This document shows, piece after piece, positions 40,094 through 54,264 of a stretch of DNA of 64,000 bases. The notes below the pieces were generated by a model that was given only the letters and a program-made list of their open reading frames with translations, did no database searches and had not been told where the DNA came from. The stretch comes from the human T2T-CHM13v2.0 reference genome, Homo sapiens, in assembly GCF_009914755.1 (NCBI RefSeq), contig NC_060944.1. One strand, given 5' to 3'. Position 1 is the first letter of the stretch. Every line of letters starts with the position of its first letter. The position numbers were made by a program, and so were the translations under genes.

Positions 40094-40470
40094 CCCTCCC
40101 TCCCCCACAAAAATGTGGGGCACTTATAGCATCGAAAAGGCAGAGATAAAGAAAAAGGAAAAAGCTAAAAAGTAATTTAAAAGATTGAGAAAACCAGTGT
40201 GAACATTTCAAACGTAGAGGAAGGAAACTGCTATGCATGGCACACCTACTGTGTGTCATGCATTTCTGCATGCACTAACTTATTTAATTTTTACATTAAA
40301 GAAGTGAGGTCTGTGATACCAGAGTGCCTGTGTGCATTGGTGTAAGTTGTTCACTGCACAAGGGGCACAGTGAGGACAGAGGGGCATTGGAACCCAGCCT
40401 GTGCTCTGCCCAACATGCTGCAAACTGGCCTGGAGGAAGGGGCATCGTTTTCTAATTTGCACAAAGATAT

Positions 40471-41440
40471 TATCTTAGTCTGGGTTCCCCCAAAGCAAGT
40501 GTGAGGCAAGAATTTGGATGCAGGCAGTTTTTTGAGAGGTAATTCTGGGGAGAACAGTGGGGGAAGTAAGGGGAGAAAGGGAAGGAAGGAAGGCCACATG
40601 AATGGATGAGTGGTTACCCTTATGAGCAACTGAGGCTTAATCCCACCATGGACCCTCTAAGACAGTGGTCATCAGCTTTTTTGGCATCAGGGACCAGTTT
40701 CATGGAAGACAGTTTTTCCACGGACTGGGGTGGTGGGGGATGGTTTGGAGGTGATTCAAGTGCATTATGTTTATTGTACACGTTATTTATATTATGATTA
40801 CATTGTAATATATAATGAAATAATTATACAACTCACCATAATGTAGAATCAGTGGGAGCCCTGAGCTTGTTTTCCTGCAGCTAGACCATCTCATGTGGGG
40901 GTGATGGGAGACAGTGACAGATCATCAGGGATTAGATTCTCATAAGGAGCACACAGTCTAGATCCCTCCTATGAGCACTTCACAGTAGGGTTTGCACTCC
41001 TATGAGAGTCTAATGCCCTGGCTGATCTGACAGGAGGCAGAACTTAGGCAGTAATGGGATCGATGGGGAATGGCTTAAATACAGATGCAGCTTCACTCAC
41101 TCACCTTCTACTGTGCAGCCTGGTTCCTAACAGACCACAGACTGGTATCAGTCTGTGGCCCAGGGGTTGGGGAGCCCAGTTCTAAGAGACTGTGTGGAAC
41201 ATGCTCAGAGCTGTCCCAGTGAGGGGCAAAGAACTTGCGGTATTCCTGCCATGTTAATTTCCATACCTCAGAAGTTACGTGTTGCTCCTAGGGCACCAAT
41301 GCCTTGGCACATGGGTCAAGCACAGTCCTGTGGCCAGAGAGCAACCTCAGGCAGAGAGACACAGGAGACCATCTGTGTGTTGAGAACTACTGCAGATGAC
41401 CTCAGGTGACCCAAAAGGGTATGATGGGCCCTGCTAGCTG
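40471..41440 (-). mobile_element. LTR16-like ERVL solo LTR, split by MER1A
   Basis: tatcttagtctgggttcccccaaagc... resumes as gagactgtgtggaacatgctcagag...cctcaggcagagagacacagg. Confidence 0.78.
40663..41179 (-). mobile_element. MER1A hAT-Charlie element, full length (517 bp)
   Basis: gtagaatcagtgggagccctgagcttgttttcctgca...ttagattctcataaggagc; 8-bp TSD ctctaaga (40655-40662) and ttctaaga (41180-41187). Confidence 0.93.
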
Positions 41441-41930
41441 GAATACTCAGAGATGTGGGTAGATAACCCACATACGGACATGTGTTTGTTCACTGGACAT
41501 TCGTTTTTCAACTGTTCCTTTTATAGTACAATGATTGTAAAAATGTCAGCTGTCTTGCCTTTGAAAGGAGAGTTAAATAGCAAAAGAATAATCCAGAAGG
41601 CTGGGTGTCCAACCGCATTCCAGGCCCAGAATCATTATTTTGTGTCGTTTACATAAATTCTCAGTTACGAATGATTCCATTTTAGGACATGAATAGGCTG
41701 AACTTCTACTGCATATACAAGTTTTTCCAGCCTTTTCCATCTCCCTGAATTAGTTCATTGTGAAATAGGTTGCCTGATGGCTGAAAAAGACAAAAAACTT
41801 CAAGAGTTTTGGCACTCCTCAAGTCTTCCATGCCGCCTCTGTTTGTTGTATAGTATTAGTGAATCGCAATGTGGCACACACCGATCATCCTAAAAATATG
41901 TCCAGAAAAGTTGCATAGATTGTGTGTGGC

Positions 41931-41932
<2 letters not shown>

Positions 41933-41964
<32 letters not shown>
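41933..41964 (+). repeat. (TG)16
   Basis: Read directly from the sequence. Confidence 0.95.
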
Positions 41965-41965
<1 letters not shown>

Positions 41966-42582
41966 ATATGTATGTGTATGTTTATACATCTAGCTTCTTC
42001 CCCCATTCTCCCACCAACACTGTTTGGGTAGCCAGCCCCCCATCCTCTCTAAAGCCCCCATGCCCTGCAGTAAACACTGAGGCCAGGGCTGTGTGGCAGG
42101 ACTCCCAGCCAAGCAATAGTAACTCCTGCTGCTGCCTTGAGTAACCAGGAATTCTCCATGTCTCATGAGTCCTGCTCATTGGGCTGACAAATGGTGACTG
42201 AGAAATACTCGCCTTTTGTGGTGTCCTTTGTTGTTTCATGTGTAATATGCCCTAAGCATTTTATGTCCAAAGAGAGAAAAGAAGAGAAGAGGGAAATTAA
42301 TTCCAATTTCAGCAAGGTGTGAGGCAAAGAGTATCATCTGGGGGAGAATGAAGAACTATGACTATTCAAGTGGCAATGTCTTATGGTTAATTAAGTCTGG
42401 TGTTCCGTTTTAGAGGTGAAAACTGAGACCAAGGGAACTGAAGTGGCTTGGTCAAAGCCACGTGGACTCTTGGGCTCTGGACCCTGTCTCCTGGCTCTCT
42501 CTTTTGCAACAGGACGCTTGTGTTCCCTCTCTGGTCTTGCCAGCAGACACTCCCTCTGCTAGCCTAGAGAAGTTATTTCACA

Positions 42583-43029
42583 TGCTGGTCGTTCTCCATG
42601 TGTCCCCCCAGATGCATCCTCTGCCCTTCTTTGTCCTGCTCTGTGCCCAGGAGGCTGACCCTTGGGACCCACTTCCTGTGCCTCCTAGCTTCCGTGATGT
42701 GAGAGAGAAGTTGGAGTGTTTGTCTCCACATTCCTTCGGGTCAGTTCTGGTGTTGACAGTGATCACACCTTCGCTAATGGCCATGACCCCAGTCAGTGGC
42801 CTCCCTCCCGTGGCCGCAGCTCTTTCTGGGTTCTGCTGGCATTGACCCTTCCCCTCTGCTCTAGGCCTGGGGATGGTACAGGCTCCCGCTGTTGCTAGCC
42901 CCTGGTGGCTTAGCCCCCTGTTGCTTCGCTTCATCCTGTCCACACCTCTGCATGCAGTCACTTCTCTAGAGTCTTTTCCGTTCAGCATCTGAGTGGACTG
43001 GGAACTTCCTGCCAGGCCAGAAGGATATG
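42583..43029 (+). mobile_element. LTR33-like solo LTR inserted in a MIR
   Basis: tgctggtcgttctccatgtgtccccccagat...cctgctctgtgcccaggaggctgacc; the MIR resumes at caaatggggataacaacagt. Confidence 0.78.
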
Positions 43030-44184
43030 CTGAAGGGTTTCTTCCTTTGACAAATGGGGATAACAACAGTCTACTCGGGGTTTTAGTGAGGATCAAATAG
43101 GGTCATGTGTGCAAATGTGCTGTGTCTGTCTGGCCCAGATGAAGGTTTGTCTTCACCAGGGATCATATAAGGATTTTCGGCCAATCATAGCTTATGCCTT
43201 AACTAGTTTCTACGTTGGCATATTGCAGGGGCACCCCAACCACCCCTCGCTATTTCTCAGGTCAGCCAAATTGATACCATGTAGCAGAGCCTTGCAGTTT
43301 TCACTTTGAAGGCTGTGAAATTGTGGACTCATCCCTTGATCTGGAAGCAAAACTGGGAGACGTCACACATTCCAGCTTCATACCTCAGGCAGCTGCCAGC
43401 ATTGATCTGCGAGGAGGGCCCTGCCTCTTCTGTCTCCACCTGTTACTTGAAAGCCAGAGAAGAGTGACTCATCAGCGGCCTAATGCAGCAAAGAAGACAA
43501 ATAAGTCTCAGCAGGTAGGGTGTCCCCAACCATGCTCCACTCAGAGTTCTGAGCAGCAGGGTCAGCCTAGGGAAAAAGGCAAGTGGGAAAAGTCTACTCC
43601 AAGGGCCTCGTGCCCCACCCCGCTCTGCCAGTCTCTGCACTCCGACATGTAGCTCCCCCCATCCGCACTCTCACCTGCTCCATCTCCAGAATACTAATCC
43701 TCAATCCTCTAAGGACTTAACCAAAGAACATCCCACATCCTTTTAATGACAGCCTATTAAACTTGGTAAAATTCTGATAACATGTGTGAGTGCCTAAAAC
43801 ATGCTGGTACTATCTCAGATGCAGGAAAGACAAAAATGATCGAGACATGTTGTCATTTCATCTCTGCCAACAAATACCATTGTGATTATCTGTGAAATTA
43901 ACTGATTACTTAAAATAAGCATTCCAAACAACCTGCTGATCAGAGGGGGCCCTGGTAGTTGGCTCTAGCTGTGCTTTGTTAGTGGTTGAGAGTATGGAAT
44001 TTGGAGCCAGTCTTCTCTGCATTTAAACTTCAGCTCTACCAGGTACATGCTCCATGACAGGAAGGAAGTAACAACTGCTCTGTCTGGAGAGTTGTGCTGG
44101 AGCCAACTCAAAAAAGCTGATTTTGCACATCTCTCCCAACTCTGTGTTCACCAGCATCACATTGGTAGTTTAAAATCTATGACG

Positions 44185-44501
<317 letters not shown>

Positions 44502-44565
44502 CTATGATGTAGTGAAGATTTACCCCCTTCAGAAACTGGCTGGCAAATGTTACACATTGGATGGG

Positions 44566-44615
44566 TTTCTTTCCTTTTCTTTTTTCTTTTCTTTTTCTTT
44601 CTTTCTTTCTTTCTT

Positions 44616-44670
<55 letters not shown>

Positions 44671-44842
44671 CTCCCTCCCTTCCTTCCTTCCCTCACTCCC
44701 TCCCTCCTTCCTTCCTTCCTCTTTCTTTCTTTCTCTTTCTTTCTCTCTCTCTCTTTCTTTTTTCTTTTCTTTTCTTTCCATCTTCCTTCCTCTCTCCCCT
44801 CTCTCTCTCTTTCTCTTTCTCTCTCTCTCTTTCTTTCTTTTT
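44566..44842 (+). repeat. About 277-bp compound (TTTC)n/(TC)n/(TTCC)n polypyrimidine tract
   Basis: Read directly; only two purines (both A) in the whole tract. Confidence 0.97.
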
Positions 44843-47800
44843 GGCCTGTAGAGTCAGCTGTGAGATTTACCAGCACATCACTGACTTTTTACTTCATTCC
44901 TCATCTCTAGAATGGCAAATAATAACAGTACCTGCTTCATTGGATTGCTGTGAGAATTAAATGATACAGAAGATGTTCATGTCACAATGTGTTTGGTAAA
45001 TATATATAATCTGCTCTTTTAATTATTTTAATAGTCAATGGAGTATCTGGGTTTCTTTTGGTTAATGATGCAGCAATCAGCTGTCCTAGAAATTGCAGAC
45101 TGTGCTGACCTGGAGGGAGGAAGACCCTTCCAAACCCCTATCCAGACTCCTATAAGACTCAGATTTTTAAAACAAAGCAAAACACAAAAGCAACTCTTTG
45201 CTTGCAGATGACTCAACTTCCTTTTTGGGAGGCTCAACTCTGCTTCCCAGGAATCAGCAGTGATTAGTGATAGAAAGAGTAGCCCTCATGACCCCAGGTG
45301 ACCATCAGGACGCTAGGGCAGGAAGGAGCCTGTTGATTGAGTGCTGACCTGCAAAATTACCAGCACAGGTGTCCAACAATTTCATTCTTGAGAAGCCAGA
45401 GTTGAGTTTCTGGGGTTGCTTTGGAGGGTTCAGGACATGCTGCAGGGTAATAGGAAGGACATGGGGTGAGAAAAAGGTTCCTGCCAAGTTGCTGAAAGAC
45501 ACATGATAGCTCAACAGGGAACCAAGAGTCAGGTTTAATATTGTTTCTGCACCACACTTAATAATTGAGGTCAATGGTTTATCAAGTCCTCACTGAGGGC
45601 CACAGAGAGGACAGGCTTCTAAGTGCAGAGAGGCAGCAGTAAAGGCTGAGGCTGCGGGAAACATAATCAGAGTTTAAAACACTAACACTTACCTGCTGGT
45701 ATGGTTGAGAGGCATTCCAATAACCCTTGGCCCCTGACTTTTCACTGTGCCAAAATCTAAACTATTACACTAGGTCTTGAATAACTTTTGAAAATGTGTG
45801 CTTTCCCACCTAGTTAAGGCAAAGTTGCCTCAAAGACAAATATCACATTAGCACAGATGCTCTTATAAGAGCAATTACCATCAATGGTCACTGCCTGGAA
45901 GTTGGACCTGGAAATGACATGCTGGATGGTCATAGTCTTGTTAGATGAGGTGTGCGTGTGATGATAAGTGGGAAACAGCTTGATTTAAGGGACATTTTAG
46001 TCCATGGCCAGCACAGTAATGATCTTGGGAAGCCTGAAGCTATGTCTTCTTTTGAGCAATAAGGTACAGGGCGCAGAAGGGGCAAAATAAGTCAGGGAGT
46101 CCAGTTAACATGTGAGATGGAAACTTAAGGATAGGGACAGAGCACGCACAAAGCCCAGGGACACAGCTTTTTGCTGGACATTTTGCCTGTACTAACTGGT
46201 AAATTAGACTGCACAACAGGAAAGAAGCTTGTGATAGCAAAAGGGGTCGAAAACGGGAAGGACACTCAGAGGGCAGGAACTATGACGGGGCTCTGCGGCC
46301 TTGTGGGCAGCAGGGAGAGTGTATTTTTGGCCTGCGGGTCTCGTGAGCTGGAAGAAATCAGGAAAGGGAAGCTGAGCATTTAATCCTACATAGATCACAG
46401 GCTAATCGTGCCCATTTAGTGTTTGAAAGTGAGAAGTTGTCAAGGCTTTGTGACAGCCTTGAAACCGCAGGCATTAGAGGATAGAAATCCTGAGCCCAGA
46501 GGGAGGCAGGCACTCCCATCTGCCCAGTTTGGTCTTCAACAGCTTCCAACTCTTCAATATTCCCAAGCAGAATCAGATTAAGCAGAAGTGCTCATAATAG
46601 TTCTCCAATTTAGCCTGTATCTTCTCTCTCTTTCTTTTGTCCTGGGGGCCATGTGCCATTAGGAGCAGAGGTTGTGAATGTTCCAGAAATCCCTTTGGGA
46701 TGCAGGCCTTCCTCCCATGCAGAAAATGCCTACTGAACACACTAAATGCCAGGCACATGCCTTGTACTGGGGTGCAATGGTGAGGGGTGACACCCAGAGG
46801 GAGTGTCCCCCTCTTCTGTATTACTTTTTGCCTGACCTTTTCAGTAGACTTCAGAGTTGGTCATCATGACTTCCTGAACTCATCTCCTTCCATCTTTCTC
46901 TCCTGAGCTCTGAGAAGCAAAGTCAATTCAAATCCAAAGTGCTGGGCATAGGAGTTTGTTTCGTAAGAATTCAAACTTTATTGTTTTACCTCTAAATCTG
47001 GCCTGCTTCTATAGTGCTTGAGACTTAGCAATCTCTCACTACTCTTAGCTGTTTTTGTTGTTGTGGCTGTCAATATTATTTAAAACTGATAAAAACTGCA
47101 CAGGGAAGTTGACACAGTCAGATATTAAGTTGATATGCCTATCATTGAATGTCTGGAGCAAGGTAACCTCACCTCAGACTTGATTCTTAACAAACTTCAG
47201 TGAATATTCAATTTTTGTTTTATCACAAATGTATTATTACACCTGCCTATATGGGAAGGTGAAGATGGGCCAGTTGTTTGCTTTGAAAGGAGGAAAGAGT
47301 GAGAATGTACAACTGAATGAAAAAAAATATTTTGGCCACAGACACTTTTTCTCTTGGCTTTACAATAATAAAATGTGTAGTGGGATTTTTATTTTGCTTT
47401 AGAATTTTTAGTTGTTTTTTCCTTTTTGAAGTGCTCCTTCAGAGGAAACAAATCTTTCTATTGACATTGAAAATGAGTCATAAGAGAAGTGTTGCTACTT
47501 TCCTTTTGAGGGATTTTTTTTATTTAGTTTTGTTTCCATTAAGTTTTAGCAACAGGAAAATATGGACTTTCAGCATCCACAGGGATATGATCAAATGGAA
47601 ACATATGCTCCCTGTTTGTCCATTATTACAAACCATGAGAAAACTCACAAATCACTCATAGACTTTCTAGAAAGGTTGATTTGACAAAATATTTGACAAA
47701 ATAGCCTACTGCTTCCTTGATATTTCTGAAACCAAATGAGTATTTGTGTTTTGAAAAAGCAAAGTTGATTAAAAAAAAAAAAGCAGCTGATGAAAGGCCC

Positions 47801-50800
47801 AAAATGCATATGGGTCAACTATGTTTATTGCAGAAACACTAGAGAGTGGATGAGAGATGGGTCAGTGGGCACAGAAGCCCACCTGCAACTGCACTCACAC
47901 CTTGGCCTACATTGCCAGAGAGACCAATATATCAGCAATTGATTGGAAATACCACAAAGATGAATCACAGATCAGGAAAGCAAATGCCAATCAATGATTG
48001 AGCCTAGGCAATAATATATGAGCTAAAGGCATTTATCAAACCTGTGGAAAATTAGAAGACTTGCCTAACATGGCTGAGAATGCTACATATGAACCAACTT
48101 TTAGAATAATTCAGTCTTTTTTTTCAGTCCCCTAGAATAAAAAGGGCATATCTAAACTCTTGAATTTATTTTGATTAAATCAAGAATTCCCTCCTGTATC
48201 CTCAGGATCTGGTATTGAGTAGGGACACGATAAAACACTTGTCAACTGGAAGGACTCTATCAGCAGCACCTGGGCTCCATTTGATTTTTTAACCTGCTTA
48301 GTATTTCCAACCGTAATGACCAAAATGTCTGCCTTCAGTTACAGTACTTGTACCCTGAGGAAATGAAATAATTTAGCCCCCTGGCCCTCCACCCCACTCC
48401 GTTTTCTCAGCTGCAAACAAAGGGATTGGACTTTATCTGGTTGCTTTCAGTTCCGTAAAAGAGAGGTCAAATCCACTTTATGTTGTCAAGGATTCTTTTT
48501 CTGTTTTGTGAGATACCTGGTTTTTAGATTCCTCTCCCTTTTTAATTTTTCTCCAGTTCTTCCTGCTTTCTGCATCCTCTTCCTGACTTTCCATTGTTTT
48601 CTCTTTAACAATCACACACTAGAAAATATGTAGAAGTGAGTGAAAAATACATCTCATGCTCTGTTTAGTGTATCCTCAAAAAGACTTCATGGTAAAAGGG
48701 TGGTTAGGATGCTGTGTTCTCTGTGGGTTTCTACTTTTATTGTATTATAATTTATATTTTCATGCTTACTACAACTCTGGCTGTGATTTATTTTTCTATC
48801 CCAGATATGGTGAAAAATAATACTAATATGTGTGTTTTTTGTTTTTAGCTGGGTATTAGCAAAAATCATTCCATTTTCCCTGAGACATCTTGCTCCAACC
48901 ACCTTGCAGTGCAGCTATTTTGATTACTTCATGTCACTATTAATCATGTGCTTAAAGGAAATAGATAAACTTTGAAACAGAATTCAGCTCAGCAAAGGTT
49001 TATTCATTATCTCCTGGGTGCCTGGCTCTGGTGCTAGGTGTTTAGAGGGAACAAAGGTGAGTATATCAGGGCCTATGGTGGAGACAGCAGGAGAAGCTGA
49101 GTGAGAATTTACATACTCTCATGTGTGACTTATGTATCAAAAGAAAGGCCCAAAGTGCTTGGAGTATTAAGGCAAAGGAGAAATGATGTATGTGTATGGA
49201 AGTGATTTGTTTGGGTGAAGTCCTTGGGGTCTGTGAGAGCGAAGCCTTTCCATATCCTGGAGTGCTTGGGTGTGGAATTCAAATCTTCCTCAGTTGGCAA
49301 AGGGGTACCAAATGGAAGGCTTTTACCCAGGAAACCATGATGCCACTGGTGCTTTGGGAAGATGAATCTGGCAGGAGTATGCGGGGTAGTCCAGGGCCGG
49401 GGGAGGGAGGCCTGGAAAGAGCCTCTCCGTGTCCTGATCCTGGTTGCACTGCTTCTTTGCCAATCCCTACTCCATGTGGTTGCAGCAGCTCACAGCTATA
49501 AAAATGTGTTGACCCAAGAGGTTTAATATTAACCAAAGTTATAGTCAAAGTCAATTTGGAGGATTCAAGAAAAAATCTGATGCTAATAGAGAAATAGAAG
49601 TCAATATTTGTAATGTGAGTCACAGGCTCAAAATAGAAAAGTAAAACACATCACTGCTACAGTTCCCAGAGGGCTGTGGGTTACACAGCGCAGCAGATCT
49701 GTGAACCAGGCCTCACCACCCTCTAGGTCTATTTTAAAATTTCCTCTGGCCCCTTCCTCTAATTCCTAAATTCCAGAGCATGATATTCTAGTGGAACTCA
49801 CCAGATATCCAGCCCTGGTGAAGTCATAGCTTGTTTTGAGTGGGTCAATGGAAAAAAAAGATTTTTTTCCCTAGTTGTGTATAACCTTCCTCTCTAGTGA
49901 CGTGGCATGGAATGAACTTATCATGATTTTATTTTGTAGTCCATACTTCATTCTACAGTGGCTATCACTGTTTAAAACTTCATCTCTTATGTGTTGCCTA
50001 TTTTGAAGAAGGCAGAGGAGAAGAGAGGAAAGCAGAAATATTCAGAATGACATATATTTTTTGTTTTATCACAAAATTTATATATTAATAGCAGAGAGGA
50101 GGGTGTTGTCCACTGGAGGGGCTATGACATGTTGAGGAGCTTCTAGAATTTTCTTTAACAGGATGGCTTTTGTGAGCGTTCATGGCGTAGCTTTATCCTG
50201 ACTCAGATGTTAATCCTGCACAGAGGCTTGAATGTGTTTTCCTGAGTGTGATCAGAAAATGAAAAGATTCATGAAGATAAAGGAAAAAAAAGAGCAAACC
50301 ATAGCATGTATACCCAATGATCAGCAGTTACTTTCTTAACAGTGCTTCACCTAGTTTATGTTGTGGGATGTACAACACACAAGGCTAAAATTAGCTGCTC
50401 TTCACCCAATGTGTTGGAATGCTATAGGGCCAGATAGTATCTTATCACAAGTGACCACAGGAAGGACAATGCATTCCAAACTGAGTCTTCAAGGGCCAAG
50501 GCGGGTTTGATAGAGTCTGAGATTTATAACCCAGGCTGCTGTACATGAATCCTCTGGAGGGCCTGAGAAACGTGTGATACTTAGTTCTCCCTTGATTTCT
50601 TTTTATTGCTTTGCAAGAAGCCCAGCTTATAAAGTTCAGTTTGAACACTATCTGCTTCAAAGAGGGGCCTGGTGATGAGACCAGAGATGATCAGATAAGA
50701 AGGAAAAAGGAAGTGGTGAGGATGGGTGCAGCCAGAACAGAGTGGACTGGCAGCTGATGAACCAACCTGGGCAAGGAAGTAGCTTGAAGGCTGTGTCTCG

Positions 50801-52884
50801 GGGTTGGCCATTTTTCCTCCTTTCTCATCCGGACCTTGTCAAGATCCTGTGGTTTATCATAAGTTACCAATGCCCAACCAGTATCTGCTTCCTCATCAGC
50901 ACGATGGTCATAGCCCCATCTCCCTCGCAGCATGTTTTCAGAAGTAATTAATGCTTGTGAGGTGTTTTGAGATCACTGATAAAAGACATTCTACCTGCCC
51001 AGGGTGTTATTACATTATCTTATTTTCCTCTTCATAGTCAGGATCAAACCCACGATAACTTAGAAATGAGACAAATTAGTAAAACGTGGTATGTGAAGGC
51101 TGCCTTAACAATTGGATATGTATTGAACTGGGCATTGTACTTGAATTGTATACACAAAATGTGGTGCTGGGCTACATCTTAAGAAATCTTAATTACTTTC
51201 AGATTCTGTCAGGTTACATTTCATGACTCTACTTAGATCTCCTTAGAAATGGTAAATCATTAAGAGCAAGGCATCCACTGACGTTGCCCATCAAAATGGA
51301 CTTAGTACCTGGCCCCAGAAATGCCCAAACTACACATGACCTTTTGCGCATTTATTTCTGTCTCCTTAGAGGACTGTGTATCTCTTTGAAGAATAGGAGA
51401 ATAGACAGGATATATAGCAACTGGTAATTTCAGTTTATGATGCTCATGTGAAAATTGGATTGTCACCAAAACCCTTCAGGGTACGATCCTCCTCTTACAA
51501 AACTCAGCACTGTACTTCATGTGAGGCATAGATTAAGAAAGCTTTTTCCTTCTCCAAGGAAGGGGCACTGCCTTGAAAGCTTACGTGGTTATTAAGAGTA
51601 CTTCCATCAGATCTTTCGAAAGAAAGGTGGAGATGACCAAAGGGCAGAAGGTCACCTACGTAATAAGATCCACATGAGACAATAATTAAAATGGAATGCT
51701 TAAGGAGGATGCACGTGTCCTGACCATATAATTCTCGATAAAATTACTCTAAATTGATCTCCATTTAAATGAGATTTTCCAAAAGGCCACCTCCCATTTC
51801 ATCTAAAATTCTTTATAAGAAATTCACGGATGAAACTCAGGGGATAGGAAATGTCCTGAAATGAATGCGAAATGTTATCCACTTGTGCATTTTTCTGGGA
51901 AAATAGTTTATCCCCCTTTCCTTATATTTCTAACAAACATGGTCCATGACGCTTAAGAACCACAGTGCCATGTGAAATAGTATAGATTAAGCGTGTGAAA
52001 TTGATACGCAGTGTAGGTTTGTTTCCAAATGCAGATTAGGCATTTTATTTTCAGACAATATTTAGTTGTGTTTTCCTTGATGCCATGCTGATTTTTATTT
52101 TCCTGTAATCCTCATCCAATCACAATGTTCCACCAAAGCCTGAAGGTGCATATAAAATATGTGATGTGACCTTTTACCCATTTGGAGATATAGAAAAGCA
52201 TCCTAGGAGGTGTGTCAATTACAGCCCTTCTCAATAGAGAACAAAGATCATCTCTTGGAATATGGCCTAAGGTTATGGGGAGGGGGACGGGGACAAAGGA
52301 TCAGTGTCAAGGTGGGGCTGAACCCATGCATTCTAATCAGTTGCCATTTCCCATTCTCCATCCCATGCAACATGCAATGCTGGCATTTTAACCAAGAGAT
52401 AGATGTTAGGGAAAGGACAGGTAGTGCAGGCTGACACCATAGATCTTGGAACAGGGCAGGGACATACAGCTCAGTGTTTAAGGGCACTTAAACTCTGAGT
52501 TGGGAGAGTAAGTTTGGGTAAGACCCAATGAGCCATGTCCATAAGAATGTTTGACCTAGACTGAAGATCAGGCTGGAGATAAGGAGAGGGAGTAGAAATT
52601 ACTCCCCAGCACAGTTCTCTTAGGAAGTGGCCTGGATGTCTTTGAAAGGCATAAGCTTTAAGCTCCCCTTCCATCACATGAATGGTGACTGGTGTCATGA
52701 GTGTGTATACCAGGGAATGTCCCAGGCCACGTCTTGAGTGAGCAAGGGTTAGCTAAGCCATATCACGTAGTTCGTCTGGTGAGGAGAGAAACTGAGATTG
52801 AGAAAAGCAAGAATTCAAAGGTTACATTGCATATCAGCATGGCTGCAGAGAACAGCAGCTATCAGTGGTCCGAACTACAGGGTC

Positions 52885-53495
52885 TGTGGTAGATTATCTA
52901 CAGAGATAACAGGCCACAACTTCTCTTAAGTCTGCATATTTGTGCCGCTTCTCCCATCAACAGGGGGAGTCTATTTCCGTACCTCTTGAATCTGGGTTGA
53001 TCTTGAGCCTTACACTAAGCCAGCTTTTGAATGATGCAGAAGGGATGTTCTGGGATTTCCACACTCAGGCCTTAAGAGATCTGGTAGCTTCTACTTTAAC
53101 TCTTACTATTCTGAGACACCACATGAAAAAGCCCAGGCTATTCAGCTGGAGAGAGAGGCTAGGTGGAGAGGAAGGCCCCGGAGCATAAGAGACCACATGG
53201 AGATCTCTCAAGGAGAGGCCACAAGGAGAACCAAGGTACTCCAGCAGCCAGCCAGCACCAGGGCCATATTAGATCCTCCAGCTCAGCCCAGCCCAGCCCA
53301 GCCCAGCCCAGCTCAGCCGACAGCTGAGTGCAGCTGCATTAGTCCAGCCAATCCCATGTGAAGTAGAGACAAGCTGTTCCACTCAGCCCTGCCCAAATTC
53401 CTGACCCAGAGGATCATGAGCAATGAAATGATTGTTGTTTTAAGCCACTGTGTTCTGAGGTGATTTGGCACACAAAGCCATAGATAACTGGAACA
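52885..53495 (+). mobile_element. MaLR solo LTR (MLT1H-like)
   Basis: tgtggtagatta...cccatcaacagggggagtctatttcc...cctgcccaaattcctgaccca...ttttaagccact...tagataactggaaca. Confidence 0.9.
53278..53318 (+). repeat. (YCAGC)8 pentamer repeat inside MLT1H
   Basis: ccagc tcagc (ccagc)5 tcagc. Confidence 0.92.
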
Positions 53496-54264
53496 ATGTC
53501 TGAATGGTCCTGGGGAACTCAGGCAGAATTCAAGATTGTAACCTCTTGGATATGCTAAGTGAGGTTTGGAAGAGGGAAGTTTAGACAGAAAAGTGCCAGC
53601 CTTGTGGTCTTTCTGGTTTAAAATGAAACCCCAGAATCTCCCCAAAGTACAGCTTTTTGGGGAGAAGACTGGCAAAAATAAGAGTGTAAAGGCTTTTGTA
53701 CGGACTGGATATGCATATGGGAGACAACCCATTCATCTTCCCTCTTGCTGGTGAGGAGACTTCTAATGGTCTCTGTCTTGGTCAGAACTGGTGTAGGTAG
53801 CCCTGCAGGCTGGATGCTGGCATGGCAAGCGGTGTTATTTCAAGCAGCTAGTGCTGTTCATACAACCAGCTCATGTGCCCTCTGCCCAGCAGAAGACAGA
53901 GGAGAAGCCCAGCCCACCAACCAGACACTAAGGGAGGTTTTGTGCCAGACACTTGGCAGTCACCTTAAAGAGACAAAAAGATAAATAAGACATAGTTTCT
54001 ATTTGTGAAAAGTACACGATCTTGGGTTTCACTTTTTTTATATGTCTTCCTTTCAGAGTTGCCCTTGGTGTCAAATTGCATCAAATCTCACCTAGCCAAA
54101 GCATGGCAGGGATTCAGAAATCTCTTGGGAGAGCTGTCCTAGGCCCTGCTGGCGTCTGGGACAAGAATGCAAGCCTGAGTGCATATGCTACAGCTCTGTC
54201 TGCTGGCATGAGAGTGTACAGGTCTTCGAGGTTTTGCAGGTAATTCCGATACCTACACATTTTA

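Noticed and set aside
42578-43096. 172-aa minus-strand ORF
   Set aside because: It lies antisense across LTR33 and MIR relics and has no protein-like features.
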